64,000 nucleotides of DNA, from positions 852,562 to 916,561 of the forward strand of contig OY969413.1 of assembly GCA_963699165.1 (NCBI GenBank). The letters are read 5' to 3'. Numbering within the stretch: the stretch's first letter is position 1; each line of letters begins with the position of its first letter. Under the pieces are notes generated by a model. That model had not been told where the DNA came from, made no database searches, and worked only from the letters and a program-made list of their open reading frames with translations. This stretch comes from Candidatus Kaiserbacteria bacterium. GTDB lineage: Bacteria; Patescibacteriota; Minisyncoccia; Phycocordibacterales; Phycocordibacteraceae. Of this stretch, positions 9,076-19,180 are shown piece by piece. The position numbers and the translations under genes were made by a program.

Positions 9076-10143
9076 ATGAATAAGGAAATTCGCGTTTCCA
9101 TCACGCCGGGCACTATTTTTGCGGCGCTGGGCATTGTCCTCGGCGCGTATTTGCTGTGGGTGCTGCGCGATTTGGCGCTACTCGTGCTCACTGCCATCGT
9201 CATCGCTTCGGCTATCGAGCCGGCCGTCTCGTTTTTTACGCGCCGCCGCATGCCGCGTTTCATCAGTGTGATGCTTGTGTACCTTTTGGTTCTCGGTTCG
9301 ATATTTGCGTTTCTGTATTATTTCTTCTCGCCGATTATCGAGGATGCCGCGAATTTTCTCTCGAGCGTTCCGCAGTATTTGAGTACGCTGAACGCGGCGA
9401 CGCCTTTTTCAAACGCTGCGAGCACGGCGGGGTTCACGAGTGCGCAACAGCAGGCGCTGCAGCCCTTCATGCAAACGCTTACGTCGCTTCAAACGGCGAG
9501 TTCGTACGGCGTGCTGCAGCTTTTCTTTACGTTCTTCGGCGGCATTTTCTCGTCGCTCATCGTAGTGGTGCTTTCGTTCTATTTTGCCCTGCAAGACACC
9601 GGCATTGACGATTTCCTTCGTCTCGCCATGCCGGTTGCGCATGAGGCGTATGCCGTCGACCTCTGGCGCCGCTCGCAGAAAAAAATCGGCCTTTGGATGC
9701 AGGGACAGGTATTGCTTTCGGCGCTCGTCGGCATTTTGACGTATCTCGGCCTGCTCATCATCGGCGTGCCGTACGCGCTTCTGCTCTCCGTCTTCACCGC
9801 GATGGCGGAAATTATTCCGATTTTCGGTTCGCTTATCGCGGGCGCGATTGCGGCGATAGTTGCGTATTATTCCGGCGGTCTCGCGCTTGCCGCAATCGTC
9901 GCCGGTCTTTTCATCGTCATCAATCAGTTTGAATCCAATCTCATTTATCCGCTCATTGTTCGCAAAATCGTCGGCCTGCCGCCGCTCCTAGTGCTTGTCG
10001 CGCTTATGGCCGGGTATGCGCTTGCCGGGTTCCTCGGTTCGCTGCTTTCGGTTCCGATTGCCGCCGTCGGTCTCGAATTTATCAACGACTTCGACAAGCG
10101 AAAACGCAAAGAGGCGCATGCCCGCGCCCAAGCGTCCGCATAA
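9076..10143 (+). CDS. AI-2E family transporter (PerM/UPF0118) membrane protein
   Basis: 355 aa polytopic membrane protein; C-terminal …NLIYPLIVRKIVGLPPLLVLVALMAGYALAGFLGSLLSVPIAA typical of the AI-2E family. Confidence 0.7.
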   Translation: MNKEIRVSITPGTIFAALGIVLGAYLLWVLRDLALLVLTAIVIASAIEPAVSFFTRRRMPRFISVMLVYLLVLGSIFAFLYYFFSPIIEDAANFLSSVPQYLSTLNAATPFSNAASTAGFTSAQQQALQPFMQTLTSLQTASSYGVLQLFFTFFGGIFSSLIVVVLSFYFALQDTGIDDFLRLAMPVAHEAYAVDLWRRSQKKIGLWMQGQVLLSALVGILTYLGLLIIGVPYALLLSVFTAMAEIIPIFGSLIAGAIAAIVAYYSGGLALAAIVAGLFIVINQFESNLIYPLIVRKIVGLPPLLVLVALMAGYALAGFLGSLLSVPIAAVGLEFINDFDKRKRKEAHARAQASA

Positions 10144-11611
10144 CGTGAAAAACACTTTCTATCTCACCACGCCCATTTTCTATCCGAACGCGAAACTCCA
10201 TCTGGGGCATGCGTATACGATGACGCTTGCCGATGCCATTATCCGGTATGAGCGAATCGCGGGCAAAAAAACGTATTTTCTTGCGGGGTCGGATGAAAAT
10301 ACCCAGAAGATGGTTGATGCGGCGGCGAAAGCAAATGAGGAACCTCTGGTGTTTCTCGACGGCATTGTGAAGAACTTTATGAAGCTGTATTCATCGCTCG
10401 ATATTTCTTACGACCAGTTTATCCGCACAACCGATACGCGCGTACACTGGCCGGGTGCGCAGGCGCTGTGGAAGAGGATTGCGGAAGCCGGCGACCTCTA
10501 CAAGAAAGAATACGAGGGACTCTATTGCGTGGGACACGAAGCGTTTGTCACGGAAAAGGACCTTGTCGACGGCAAGTGCCCGGACCACGGGACGGAGCCC
10601 GAACATCTGCGGGAAGAAAATTATTTCTTCCGCCTATCGAAGTACGCAGACGCATTGAAGGAAAAAATAGAAAACGATGAATTTCGCATCGTTCCGCAGT
10701 CGCGAAAGCAGGAAATACTTTCATTTATTTCGAGCGGCCTCGAAGACGTGAGTTTTTCGCGTCCGCGAAAGCCCGGGTGGCCCGCCGGCCTTGGAGTTCC
10801 GGTGCCCGAAGACGATGCGCAAATTATGTACGTCTGGTGCGACGCTCTTGCCAATTACATCACCGCACTCGGTTTCGGAGGCGATGACGAACTCTATAAA
10901 GAATTTTGGCCCGCTAATGTGCATGTCATCGGGAAAGATATCCTACGGTTTCATACCGCCATTTGGCCCGCAATGCTTCTTTCCGCCGGACTGCCGCTTC
11001 CGAAGTCGGTCTTCGTGCATGGCTTCATAACTTCCGGCGGCAAGAAAATGTCAAAGACGCTCGGAAATGTCATCGACCCGGAAGAACTCATCGGGACGTA
11101 CGGCGATGATGCCGTTCGTTATTTTCTACTTCGGCACATATCGCCGTTTGAAGACGGAGACATCACCCGGGAAGGGTTTGCGGATGCGTATACCGCCAAT
11201 CTTACGAATGGAATCGGCAACCTTGTCGCGCGCATTATGAAGCTTGCGGAGGAACATCTGCCGCATCCGGTCGAGATTGCGGACTCCGATGTGACGATGG
11301 ATGCCTTGTATTCGCAGCATGTCGAGAATTTTCGCTTCAACGATGCGATGGATTTCACGTTTGCAAAAATTGCCGCGGCAGACACCTTCATGACGGATAG
11401 CGCTCCATATAAGAAAATAAAGAGCGTGGACGAGGGAGACAGAGATTCCGCTCGCGCAGACATCGAATATCTCGTGCGGCAACTTGCGAACATTTCCGCG
11501 CATCTCGAACCGGCAATGCCAAAAACATCCGCCGCCATTTCCGCGGCGATTCGAGAGAACAAGAAACCAGAAAATCTTTTCCCGCGCCTCGCGGCGCCGA
11601 CAGGCGCATGA
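10118..11611 (+). CDS. metG: methionyl-tRNA synthetase
   Basis: Class I HIGH-type motif (PNAKLHLGHAY), KMSKT (KMSKTLGNV), CPDHG zinc knuckle. ATG at 10118 chosen (MPAPKRPHNVKNTFYLTTPIFYPN); overlaps the previous gene by 26 nt. The ORF track begins earlier at 9995. Confidence 0.85.
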   Translation: MPAPKRPHNVKNTFYLTTPIFYPNAKLHLGHAYTMTLADAIIRYERIAGKKTYFLAGSDENTQKMVDAAAKANEEPLVFLDGIVKNFMKLYSSLDISYDQFIRTTDTRVHWPGAQALWKRIAEAGDLYKKEYEGLYCVGHEAFVTEKDLVDGKCPDHGTEPEHLREENYFFRLSKYADALKEKIENDEFRIVPQSRKQEILSFISSGLEDVSFSRPRKPGWPAGLGVPVPEDDAQIMYVWCDALANYITALGFGGDDELYKEFWPANVHVIGKDILRFHTAIWPAMLLSAGLPLPKSVFVHGFITSGGKKMSKTLGNVIDPEELIGTYGDDAVRYFLLRHISPFEDGDITREGFADAYTANLTNGIGNLVARIMKLAEEHLPHPVEIADSDVTMDALYSQHVENFRFNDAMDFTFAKIAAADTFMTDSAPYKKIKSVDEGDRDSARADIEYLVRQLANISAHLEPAMPKTSAAISAAIRENKKPENLFPRLAAPTGA

Positions 11612-12411
11612 ATGCACGGTACATAGACGCGCATTGCCACGTGCAGTTCGGCCAGTATGCAAAGGACGAAGCGGAAATCATTGCGCGAATGAAAGACGAA
11701 GGCGTTGTCGGCATTGTCGTCGGCGCAAACTTTGAATCTTCGCAAAAAGCACTTGCGCTCGCGGAAAAATACGAGCATTTGTTTGCCGCAGTCGGTTTGC
11801 ATCCAAACGACATCGACGACGAAACTTTTGACGATGCGGCGTATCGCGCGCTTGCGCGGCATCCGAAAGTCGTTGCAGTGGGGGAGTGCGGACTCGATTA
11901 TTTCCGGCCGGTTGAAATAAACGACGAGGTGAAAAATAATCAAAAAGAGGTCTTCAGAAAACATGTTGCGCTTGCATCTCTGCTCGACAAGCCGCTCACG
12001 ATTCATGCGCGCCCGAGCAAAGGAACGCAGGACGCCTATCACGACATCGCGGAAATTCTGAAAGAAGAAAAAGCAAAATATCCGAATCTGCGCGGCGACA
12101 TGCACTTCTTCGTGGGCGGCGTCGAAGAGGCGCAGACCTTCATTTCGCTCGGCTTCACGCTTTCGTTTACGGCCGTCATCACTTTCGCCCGCGACTATGA
12201 TGCGGTCATACAAAATGTGCCGCTCGCAAGCATTCTTTCAGAGACCGACGCGCCATACGTGGCGCCGCTTAGCCGCCGCGGACAGCGCAACGACCCGCTC
12301 GCCGTCATCGATGTGGTGGCCAAAATCGCCGAATTGCGGGGCGAAAAGCTCGAAGATGTGCGTGCGGCGCTGCTTAATAATGCCGGAAGGATGTTTGGAT
12401 TGGCCATTTAG
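11608..12411 (+). CDS. tatD: TatD-family metal-dependent DNase/hydrolase
   Basis: HCH motif (IDAHCHVQF), GLHP, ECGLDY and conserved His/Asp/Glu metal ligands of the TatD family. Start overlaps the metG stop (ATGA). Confidence 0.75.
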   Translation: MNARYIDAHCHVQFGQYAKDEAEIIARMKDEGVVGIVVGANFESSQKALALAEKYEHLFAAVGLHPNDIDDETFDDAAYRALARHPKVVAVGECGLDYFRPVEINDEVKNNQKEVFRKHVALASLLDKPLTIHARPSKGTQDAYHDIAEILKEEKAKYPNLRGDMHFFVGGVEEAQTFISLGFTLSFTAVITFARDYDAVIQNVPLASILSETDAPYVAPLSRRGQRNDPLAVIDVVAKIAELRGEKLEDVRAALLNNAGRMFGLAI

Positions 12412-12466
12412 GCGGTCGGCGGGCGTCCTTGCGGGAGGCAAAATCTCGTGCTAGGATTGCGCCATT

Positions 12467-12955
12467 ATGGCGAAGAAAGATATTGAAGTTGCAGCTGACG
12501 AAATTCTCGAAGACGAGGGGCTCGATCCGCGCGTCTACGAGCTTGGTTTCCACCTTGACCCCGAACTCCCCACGGAGGAGGTGAAAAAGGCGTACCAGAA
12601 GGTCCGCGACCTGATTGCGGAAAATGGAACCATCGTCGCAGAAGGCGAACCGCAGAAAATCCAGCTTGCGTACACGATTTCCCGCCAGGACGTCTCCGGC
12701 CGCCGCGATTTCGATTCCGCATTTTTCTCGTGGATTGCCTACGAAACTGTTGCGCCGAAGCACGCGGAAATTATAGCCGCCGCAAATGCGAACAAGCACA
12801 TCATCCGCTTTATCGACCTTCTCACGACCAAGGACGCCGCCCGCCACGCAACCGAGATGCGCGCGTTGTTGCTCAAGGTGCCCGAACCGGAGGAAGATCC
12901 GGAAGCGGTCGCGGGAGCGGAGCTCAACACGGCAATCGAAAATCTCGTTGTCTAA
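12467..12955 (+). CDS. rpsF: 30S ribosomal protein S6 (with terminal extensions)
   Basis: Core RVYELGFHLDPELPTEEVKKAYQKVRDLIAENGTIVAEGEPQKIQLAYTI fits the S6 fold pattern. Lies in the classic rpsF-ssb-rpsR order. Confidence 0.65.
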   Translation: MAKKDIEVAADEILEDEGLDPRVYELGFHLDPELPTEEVKKAYQKVRDLIAENGTIVAEGEPQKIQLAYTISRQDVSGRRDFDSAFFSWIAYETVAPKHAEIIAAANANKHIIRFIDLLTTKDAARHATEMRALLLKVPEPEEDPEAVAGAELNTAIENLVV

Positions 12956-12965
12956 AACATGTATA

Positions 12966-13075
12966 CCGTTAGAAATCGCGAACGCATCAATTTGAATAAC
13001 ACCATGGCAACTATTACTAGCACTAATCGAATAGATACCGGCGTTGTTGAAACGTCCGCGTCCTATTTCTAACGG
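12966..13075. repeat. CCCGTT-palindromic intergenic element, copy 3 (arms CCGTTAGAAATCGCGAACGC / GTCCGCGTCCTATTTCTAACGG)
   Basis: Inverted terminal repeat (11 bp perfect plus an imperfect extension). Starts 11 nt after the rpsF stop and ends 1 nt before the ssb ATG (13077). Interior shares ATTACTAGC with copy 2. Confidence 0.7.
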
Positions 13076-13076
13076 T

Positions 13077-13526
13077 ATGTACCTCAACAAAGCATTTCTC
13101 TACGGCAATCTTACCCGCGACCCGGAGTTGAAGGCGCTTCCGTCCGGCCAGCAGGTCGCATCCTTCGGCATTGCAACGAACCGCACGTACAAGGACAAAA
13201 ACGGCCAGAAGCAGGAGGCAACCGAGTTCCACAACATCGTCGCATTCGGCCGCACCGCGGAAGTCATTGCGCAGTATATGAAGAAAGGCCGCCCGCTGTT
13301 TATCGAAGGCCGCATCCAGACGCGCTCGTGGGAGGGCAAGGAAGATGGCAAGAAGCAGTACCGCACCGAAATCGTCGTCGACAACTTCCAGTTCGGTGCC
13401 GACGGCGGACGCAGCGGGGCAGGCGAAGGCCGCGCATCCGCGCATGATGAACAGCCGGCTCCGAAGGATTCCGACGAGATTAAGTATCCGGACGAGGAAA
13501 TCAATCCGGAAGACATCCCATTTTAA
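13077..13526 (+). CDS. ssb: single-stranded DNA-binding protein
   Basis: MYLNKAFLYGNLTRDPELKALPSGQQVASFGIATNRTYKDKNGQKQEATEFHNIVAFGRTAEV… OB-fold, Gly-rich tail ending in acidic …EDIPF. ATG at 13077 preferred over the TTG at 13044, which lies inside the repeat. Confidence 0.9.
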   Translation: MYLNKAFLYGNLTRDPELKALPSGQQVASFGIATNRTYKDKNGQKQEATEFHNIVAFGRTAEVIAQYMKKGRPLFIEGRIQTRSWEGKEDGKKQYRTEIVVDNFQFGADGGRSGAGEGRASAHDEQPAPKDSDEIKYPDEEINPEDIPF

Positions 13527-13543
13527 AATTTCAATAACTAACC

Positions 13544-13750
13544 ATGGCTTACCAAGCAGAACGGGAAGAAATAGAAATCAAGAAATTCGTCGACTACAAA
13601 GATGTCGCGTACTTGAAGCTTTTCACCAATTCGCACGCGAAAATCCTTTCGAAGAAGCGCACCGGCATTCCGGCTAATAAACAGCGCGACATTACGCAGG
13701 CCATCAAGCGCGCTCGCTACATGGGGCTGCTTCCCTACATTGCTGCCTAA
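13544..13750 (+). CDS. rpsR: 30S ribosomal protein S18
   Basis: 68 aa. FVDYKDVAYLKLFTNSHAKILSKKRTGIPANKQRDITQAIKRARYMGLLPY matches S18. Confidence 0.9.
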   Translation: MAYQAEREEIEIKKFVDYKDVAYLKLFTNSHAKILSKKRTGIPANKQRDITQAIKRARYMGLLPYIAA

Positions 13751-13769
13751 GCAGCAATCGGGCGAGCAA

Positions 13770-13798
13770 AACCGCCTCTGGGCGGTTTTGCTTTAGCC
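13770..13798 (+). terminator. rho-independent terminator after rpsR
   Basis: gcaaaaccgcctctgggcggttttgcttt: GC stem plus T-run. Confidence 0.6.
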
Positions 13799-13830
13799 AT
13801 ACATCGCGGCGTAAGCGCTTTTACGCGAAA

Positions 13831-13868
13831 ACGAAAACCGCCCCGAAGGGCGGTTTTCGTTTTCGCGA
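13831..13868 (-). terminator. rho-independent terminator after efp (convergent)
   Basis: gaaaacgaaaaccgccccgaagggcggttttcgttttc: symmetric hairpin with A/T runs on both sides, able to terminate in both directions. Confidence 0.55.
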
Positions 13869-13879
13869 CTCTGTTTGCG

Positions 13880-14455
13880 CTATGCCTTCTCAACCCGCTC
13901 GGTGTATTCGCCCGTGTCGGTGTTGATGCGCACGACGTCGCCCGTGTTGATGAAAAGCGGGACGTTTATCTTTGCGCCGGTGGCAAGTTCCACGAGCTTT
14001 GTGCCGCCCGACACCGTATTTCCTTTGACTGCCGGAGGAGCGTCTTTGACCGCGAGTTCGACTTTGACCGGAATAGTAATCGTAATCGGTTTCTCTTCGT
14101 AGGTGAGCACTTCGACTTCGCTGTTCGGGACGAGCCACTGCACCTGATTGTGCACCTGTTCTTCGGGAAATGAAAAACGGTTCTTCGGATTGCCGTCCTC
14201 GGCAAACCAGCTCTCGCCGCGGTTCGAGTACAGGTACTGCGCCTTCATGCGGTCGATGTCCGCTTCGGTCACGGTCTCGTTTTGGTGAAAGGAAATTTCT
14301 AGCACTTTGCCGGAGACCAGTTGGCGAAGCTTGGTCTGATTCACCGGCTTCCTCATCTGCATGCGGAAAATGTGCGACGAAAGAACCTCGTACGGTTCAT
14401 TGTTGTAGTTGATAATCGTCTTCGGAAGAATCTCGTTGTAGGACAATACAGCCAT
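13880..14455 (-). CDS. efp: elongation factor P
   Basis: MAVLSYNEILPKTIINYNNEPYEVLSSHIFRMQMRKPVNQTKLRQL… KOW-like N-terminal domain and two OB domains. 191 aa from the ATG at 14455; the longer track ORF starting at 14641 is not used. Confidence 0.85.
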   Translation of the reverse strand: MAVLSYNEILPKTIINYNNEPYEVLSSHIFRMQMRKPVNQTKLRQLVSGKVLEISFHQNETVTEADIDRMKAQYLYSNRGESWFAEDGNPKNRFSFPEEQVHNQVQWLVPNSEVEVLTYEEKPITITIPVKVELAVKDAPPAVKGNTVSGGTKLVELATGAKINVPLFINTGDVVRINTDTGEYTERVEKA

Positions 14456-14535
14456 AGGAATACAGGTTAGACGCAGTCGGGGAGGGTATTGAAACCCTGC
14501 AGACCAAGCGCCGGTTATAAAAAGTATCGCCGACT

Positions 14536-15159
14536 TTGGCGAAGCCAAAAGGTGGGGATTACTGTATGCTAGCAGACATAATGAGTTTTTCAACCACAGA
14601 CCTATCCTTGCTTCCCGACGCCGAGATTCTCGCGCGTTCACAGAAGGAACCGAACCTTTTTGCCCTGTTGGTACGCCGCTACGAGGCCGCTCTGCTTCGG
14701 AGGGCCCGCACCATCCTAAAAAGCCCCGAAGACGCCGAAGAAGCGGTGCAGGATGCGTTCACCAAGATGTATCTGTATGCCGACAAGTATCATGCGCAGG
14801 AAGGAGCGTCGTTTTCTTCGTGGGCATACACGATTCTTAACCGAGTCGCATACACCAAGTATCGCGCAAAGAGCATTGAGCGAGGCAAACGCGCGGAGCT
14901 CCTTCCGGAACACTATGAATCGCTTCCGGATGATCGAGCCGAATTCCTTGAAGATTTATCCGTGCGAAACGAAGTCATAAGTGCGCTCGCAAAACTTCCG
15001 GAAGCCGGAGCGCGTCTTCTCCGTCTCCAATTTATCGAAGGCAAGAGCCAAGAGGAAATTGCGGCATCAGAAAAACTTTCAGTGCCTGCCGTGAAAACGC
15101 GCGTCCATCGCGCAAAGAAATTATTTAAAAAAGCGTATGACGAACAGCGGTATGACTGA
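14536..15159 (+). CDS. RNA polymerase sigma-70 family (ECF-like) sigma factor
   Basis: Region 2 (AEEAVQDAFTKMYLYADKY…FSSWAYTILNRVAYTKYR) and region 4 HTH (GKSQEEIAASEKLSVPAVKTRVHRAKKLFK). The start may instead be the internal ATG at 14566 or 14581. Confidence 0.75.
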   Translation: MAKPKGGDYCMLADIMSFSTTDLSLLPDAEILARSQKEPNLFALLVRRYEAALLRRARTILKSPEDAEEAVQDAFTKMYLYADKYHAQEGASFSSWAYTILNRVAYTKYRAKSIERGKRAELLPEHYESLPDDRAEFLEDLSVRNEVISALAKLPEAGARLLRLQFIEGKSQEEIAASEKLSVPAVKTRVHRAKKLFKKAYDEQRYD

Positions 15160-15481
15160 CAACCCTTCGAACACCGAGCGTATCGTGATGCAGCGCGTGT
15201 ATCTCATCCGCGCGCTTCGGCTTGCGATTTCGAGCAGTGTTTTTTCCATGCTTGTGACACTGCTTGCGCTTTGGGGCATCGGCAGGGAAGTGTGGGTCGC
15301 ACACGTATTACAAAATGCGCCGGTGAATATGACCGACCTTCCGCGTTTTTATCTGCTTGCGTTTGACCGTACGCGCTTCATCGTGCAAGCGCTCATCGTT
15401 CTTGCCATTCTCGCATTTGCCATTCTGGTGCGCGAAGTCGCGCGCGCTATCGCATTTTTTTCCGCGCACGAGGCTGCGTAG
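15137..15481 (+). CDS. small membrane protein (2 TM), possible anti-sigma factor partner
   Basis: 114 aa with two hydrophobic helices. Start overlaps the stop of the sigma factor gene; functional call is by position only. Confidence 0.4.
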   Translation: MTNSGMTDNPSNTERIVMQRVYLIRALRLAISSSVFSMLVTLLALWGIGREVWVAHVLQNAPVNMTDLPRFYLLAFDRTRFIVQALIVLAILAFAILVREVARAIAFFSAHEAA

Positions 15482-15484
15482 GCC

Positions 15485-16528
15485 TTATTCTTCAAGTTTT
15501 GCTTTGATTTGTTTCAAAAGTTCCTTTGAAACGTCTTTGTTCTCGCGCAGGAATGTGCGCGTGGCATCGTATCCCTTTCCGAGCGATGTCTCGCCCATTT
15601 TATAGGACGCTCCACTCTTTGAGACAAGGTCGAATTTCTCGCCGAGCGCGATGAGTTCGCCTTCGCGGCTGATGCCTTCGTTATAGAGAAGGTCGAATTC
15701 GGTCGTTTTAAATGGAGCGGCGACTTTATTTTTCACGACCTTCACACGCACGCGCCCGCCTACCACTTCCTCGCCTTTTTTTATCGATGCGATGCGGCGG
15801 ATATCGAGGCGCACCGAGGTATAAAACTTAAGCGCTTTGCCGCCCGGGGTCGTTTCGGGATTGCCGAACATCACGCCGATTTGCATGCGGATTTGATTGA
15901 TGAAAATCACAATCGTCTTGCTTCGTGCGGCGATGGCGGTGAGTTTGCGAAGCGCCTGACTCATAAGGCGGGCCTGCTTTCCCATGTGCTGCTGGCCCAT
16001 TTCACCCTCGATTTCATCTTTCGGGGTCAGTGCGGCAACCGAGTCGACGACAATCACGTCCACGTTTCCGCTTCGCACCAAACTCTCGACGATATCAAGC
16101 GCTTGTTCGCCCGTGTCCGGTTGGGAAATGAGGAGCTCGGAGAGTTTCACTCCGATACGGCGCGCGTATTCGGGATCGAGCGCATGTTCCGCATCGACAA
16201 ATGCGGCAATGCCGCCCGCTTTTTGTGCCTCGGCAATCACATGCAAAGCGAGCGTCGTTTTGCCCGAGGACTCGGGGCCGAAAATTTCAATGATGCGGCC
16301 GCGGGGAAGTCCGCCGACGCCCAAGGCGGCATCAAGCCCGATGGAACCGGTAGCAATGGCCGGAATTTTTTTTGGCGTGCCGGCGCCGTAGGTCGTGATT
16401 GCCTCGTCGCCGAACTTCGTGCGGATTTCTTTGAGCGCGAGCTCGATTGATTTCTGCCGCTCGCTTTTGTCGCTGACTGCCGCCGAAACGGTTTTGAGCA
16501 CCTTCTCTTTTTTCTTAGCAATGGCCAT
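15485..16528 (-). CDS. recA: recombinase RecA
   Basis: Walker A ([12 protein letters not shown]), RecA signature …[19 protein letters not shown]…, L1/L2 loops. 347 aa. Confidence 0.92.
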   Translation of the reverse strand: MAIAKKKEKVLKTVSAAVSDKSERQKSIELALKEIRTKFGDEAITTYGAGTPKKIPAIATGSIGLDAALGVGGLPRGRIIEIFGPESSGKTTLALHVIAEAQKAGGIAAFVDAEHALDPEYARRIGVKLSELLISQPDTGEQALDIVESLVRSGNVDVIVVDSVAALTPKDEIEGEMGQQHMGKQARLMSQALRKLTAIAARSKTIVIFINQIRMQIGVMFGNPETTPGGKALKFYTSVRLDIRRIASIKKGEEVVGGRVRVKVVKNKVAAPFKTTEFDLLYNEGISREGELIALGEKFDLVSKSGASYKMGETSLGKGYDATRTFLRENKDVSKELLKQIKAKLEE

Positions 16529-16552
16529 AAGCGCGGGTTAGTAGTTTACGAA

Positions 16553-16879
16553 TTAGTAGGGTACGAAAATCGAGCGGGTCACGGTCACCGTCCTGCCGAA
16601 GCGGTCGGTTGCCGTAAAGGTAAGTATAGAACCTCCGCGGGGAAAGGTAAGGGTTGACGAAAAGCGTCCCTGTTGGTCATGGAGAAGCGCTTCGCCGTCG
16701 AGCGTCACTTGCGCCGCTCGCGTGGCCGTTCCGGCAATCGTTATCTGTCCGCCCGGTAGTGACGCGTTATTTGCGGGCGACGTTATCGAGAGCGACGGGC
16801 CCGCAATAAGCGGCCATGCCTCCATGAATCCGTAACCGGCAAGGAGTATCAGCACCGCCGCAATGAAATACCGCGTCAT
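16553..16879 (-). CDS. small secreted protein (signal peptide, beta-rich)
   Basis: 108 aa. N-terminal signal/TM (MTRYFIAAVLILLAGYGF) followed by a T/S/G-rich domain. Confidence 0.4.
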   Translation of the reverse strand: MTRYFIAAVLILLAGYGFMEAWPLIAGPSLSITSPANNASLPGGQITIAGTATRAAQVTLDGEALLHDQQGRFSSTLTFPRGGSILTFTATDRFGRTVTVTRSIFVPY

Positions 16880-16885
16880 TCCCGT

Positions 16886-19159
16886 CTACAAATAATCGTC
16901 TTCCGGAGCGGCGTGCGGGGCTGTTGGCGCTTGCCGCGTCAATATCTCGCGCGGCTTTGAGCCGTCGGCCGGGCCGATAACGCCGTGTTCTTCAAGCACG
17001 TCCATGAGCCGGGCGGCGCGCGAGTAGCCGATTTTCAGCTTGCGCTGAAGATAGGAAGTGGAGGCGCGCCCCGCTTCTTCGACCGCCGTGCGCGCGTCTT
17101 GATAGAGATCGTCGTCAATATCCTCATCATCGCCGAAGCTTCCGTTTACAAGTCCGATGACGTCATTCGGCTCATGCGAGATATTTGTTCCGTTGCCGCC
17201 GAAATCAATGCTTGAGAGCCCGCCGACATTGTGACTCTTGATGTAACTCACCACTTTTTTCACCTCGTTTTCGCTAATGTATGCGGTCTGGATGCGTACC
17301 GGCTTTTGCATATCGCTCGAAAGATAGAGCATGTCGCCCGCGCCGAGGAGCGTTTCCGCGCCCGAACCGTCGAGAATGGTGCGGGAGTCGATTTGCGAGG
17401 CGACTTGGAGCGCCATGCGCGTCGGCACATTTGCCTTGATGAGGCCGGTAATCACGTTGACCGACGGGCGCTGGGTTGAAAGCACGAGGTGGATGCCAAC
17501 GGCGCGCGACATCTGCGCAAGCCGGACGATGGCGGCTTCAAGCTCGCGCGGATAGCTTTGCATAATGTCGGCGAGCTCGTCGATGACGATGACGATGTAG
17601 GGAAGCGCTTCGGGCATATCATCACCGCCTTTCTTTTTTGCGGGCTCGTAAATCGACGAGTGGTAGGAATCGACATCGCGCACATGTTCCGCTTCGAGGA
17701 TGTTGTAGCGGCGTTCCATTTCTTTCGCCGCCCATTTGAGCGAGAAGATGGCCTTCTTCGGATCGGTGATGACCGGCGTAAGCAAATGCGGAATGCCGTT
17801 ATAGAGAGTGAGTTCGACGCGCTTCGGGTCAATCATGATGAAGCGCAGCTGGTTCGGTCCGTTTCGATAGAGGAGGGAAGTGATGATGGCATGGATGGCG
17901 ACCGACTTTCCTGACCCGGTCGCGCCCGCGACAAGCCCGTGAGGCATTTTTGCGATGTTCACATAGTGCGGCGTTCCGCTGATGTCGCGCCCGAGCGCGG
18001 CCAAAAGCGGCTTGTCGCTGTCGCTCCATTGCGGTGCGCCCAAAATACCGCCGAGGCCGACCATCGCTTTGACCGAGTTTGGCACCTCGATGCCGACGAG
18101 CGACTTGCCCGGAATCGGAGCTTCGATGCGCACCGGGTGAGCGGCGAGCGCGAGTTCGAGGTTATTGGCAAGAGAAACGATTTTGGAAAGGCGCACGCCC
18201 TCGGCCGGCTTCACGGCGTAACGGGTGACGGTCGGACCGACCGACACCTCGTCCATTTCGAGGTTGATGCCGAAGTTTTGAAATGTCCTTTTAATGATAT
18301 TTGCGTTTGCTTTGATATCGCCCACGCCCGGCTTGCCGCGGTCGGCTCCGAGAATCGAGAGCGGCGGCGCTTCATACTCGGCGTCAAAGTTTGCGATGCC
18401 GGTGCCCTGCGTGCCGGTCGGGCGGTTAAACATCGTTACGACCGGCTCGTGCTCCGGAGGGCGCGGCACGTCTTCATCGTCGGCGTCCTCGTCCTCCGAT
18501 TCTTCCGGCACGCCGACGACGGCAAGTTCGTCCTCCTCGAAATCCTCGTCGTCCTCGGTATTGCGCTCGCGGGCGCGGCGCCAAAGCGAGGAGGCGCCGT
18601 TGCCGATAAATCCGAAGATGGCTTCAATGTCCGATACGAGCGCAATGCCGATGGAGATGATTGCAAGCACAAGCACGAAAGCTCCGGCCAAGCCGAAGAA
18701 ACCTTTGAGCGCCGTCGCCTCCCAGGTTCCCGCCGCGCCGCCCCAGTTCGAGTTGGGAAAGAGTCCGACGAATGCGAGAACCGACGCCGACAAGATGAGC
18801 ACGCCGGTCGTAACCAGCGGTTCGAGTGATGGCCAGCCGAAGCCCGCATACAGTCCGACGAGCAGAAGCGCAATGGGAAGAAGGAATGCCGCGATGCCGA
18901 TGATGCCGTAACTTGCATTGAAGATGGCGTTCTCCACGGTTCCGGCCGGCCCGAAGATTCCGAGCAAAAGCAAAACGCCGACGGCGAACAGAACGATGGC
19001 CGCGGAATAACGGACAAGCGAATCGTACTCTTTAACTTCATCTTCGCGCGACGCGCGAGGACGGCCTTTTTTCGCATTCCCGGCACCTTTTTTACGGCTC
19101 ATATATGAAGGCATTGTACCACTATATCGCTTGCGCAAAACGGGTCGCTTGCGAAGCAT
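16886..19159 (-). CDS. ftsK: DNA translocase FtsK/SpoIIIE
   Basis: N-terminal TM segments, acidic linker, motor domain with Walker A (GATGSGKSVAIHAII) and Walker B (IVIVIDELAD), C-terminal gamma winged helix (TSYLQRKLKIGYSRAARLMDVLEEHGVIG). Confidence 0.9.
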   Translation of the reverse strand: MLRKRPVLRKRYSGTMPSYMSRKKGAGNAKKGRPRASREDEVKEYDSLVRYSAAIVLFAVGVLLLLGIFGPAGTVENAIFNASYGIIGIAAFLLPIALLLVGLYAGFGWPSLEPLVTTGVLILSASVLAFVGLFPNSNWGGAAGTWEATALKGFFGLAGAFVLVLAIISIGIALVSDIEAIFGFIGNGASSLWRRARERNTEDDEDFEEDELAVVGVPEESEDEDADDEDVPRPPEHEPVVTMFNRPTGTQGTGIANFDAEYEAPPLSILGADRGKPGVGDIKANANIIKRTFQNFGINLEMDEVSVGPTVTRYAVKPAEGVRLSKIVSLANNLELALAAHPVRIEAPIPGKSLVGIEVPNSVKAMVGLGGILGAPQWSDSDKPLLAALGRDISGTPHYVNIAKMPHGLVAGATGSGKSVAIHAIITSLLYRNGPNQLRFIMIDPKRVELTLYNGIPHLLTPVITDPKKAIFSLKWAAKEMERRYNILEAEHVRDVDSYHSSIYEPAKKKGGDDMPEALPYIVIVIDELADIMQSYPRELEAAIVRLAQMSRAVGIHLVLSTQRPSVNVITGLIKANVPTRMALQVASQIDSRTILDGSGAETLLGAGDMLYLSSDMQKPVRIQTAYISENEVKKVVSYIKSHNVGGLSSIDFGGNGTNISHEPNDVIGLVNGSFGDDEDIDDDLYQDARTAVEEAGRASTSYLQRKLKIGYSRAARLMDVLEEHGVIGPADGSKPREILTRQAPTAPHAAPEDDYL

Positions 19160-19180
19160 TGCATCGCCCTCTCCGGAGAG

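Noticed and set aside
9156-9932. Alternative-frame ORFs (9156..9608, 9693..9932) within the AI-2E transporter gene
   Set aside because: They lie inside a convincing polytopic membrane-protein frame and are GC-driven spurious ORFs.
17939-18911. + strand ORFs 17939..18829 and 18294..18911 antisense to ftsK
   Set aside because: They lie inside the confidently identified ftsK motor domain. Their translations are Arg/Ala/Ser-rich with no motifs.
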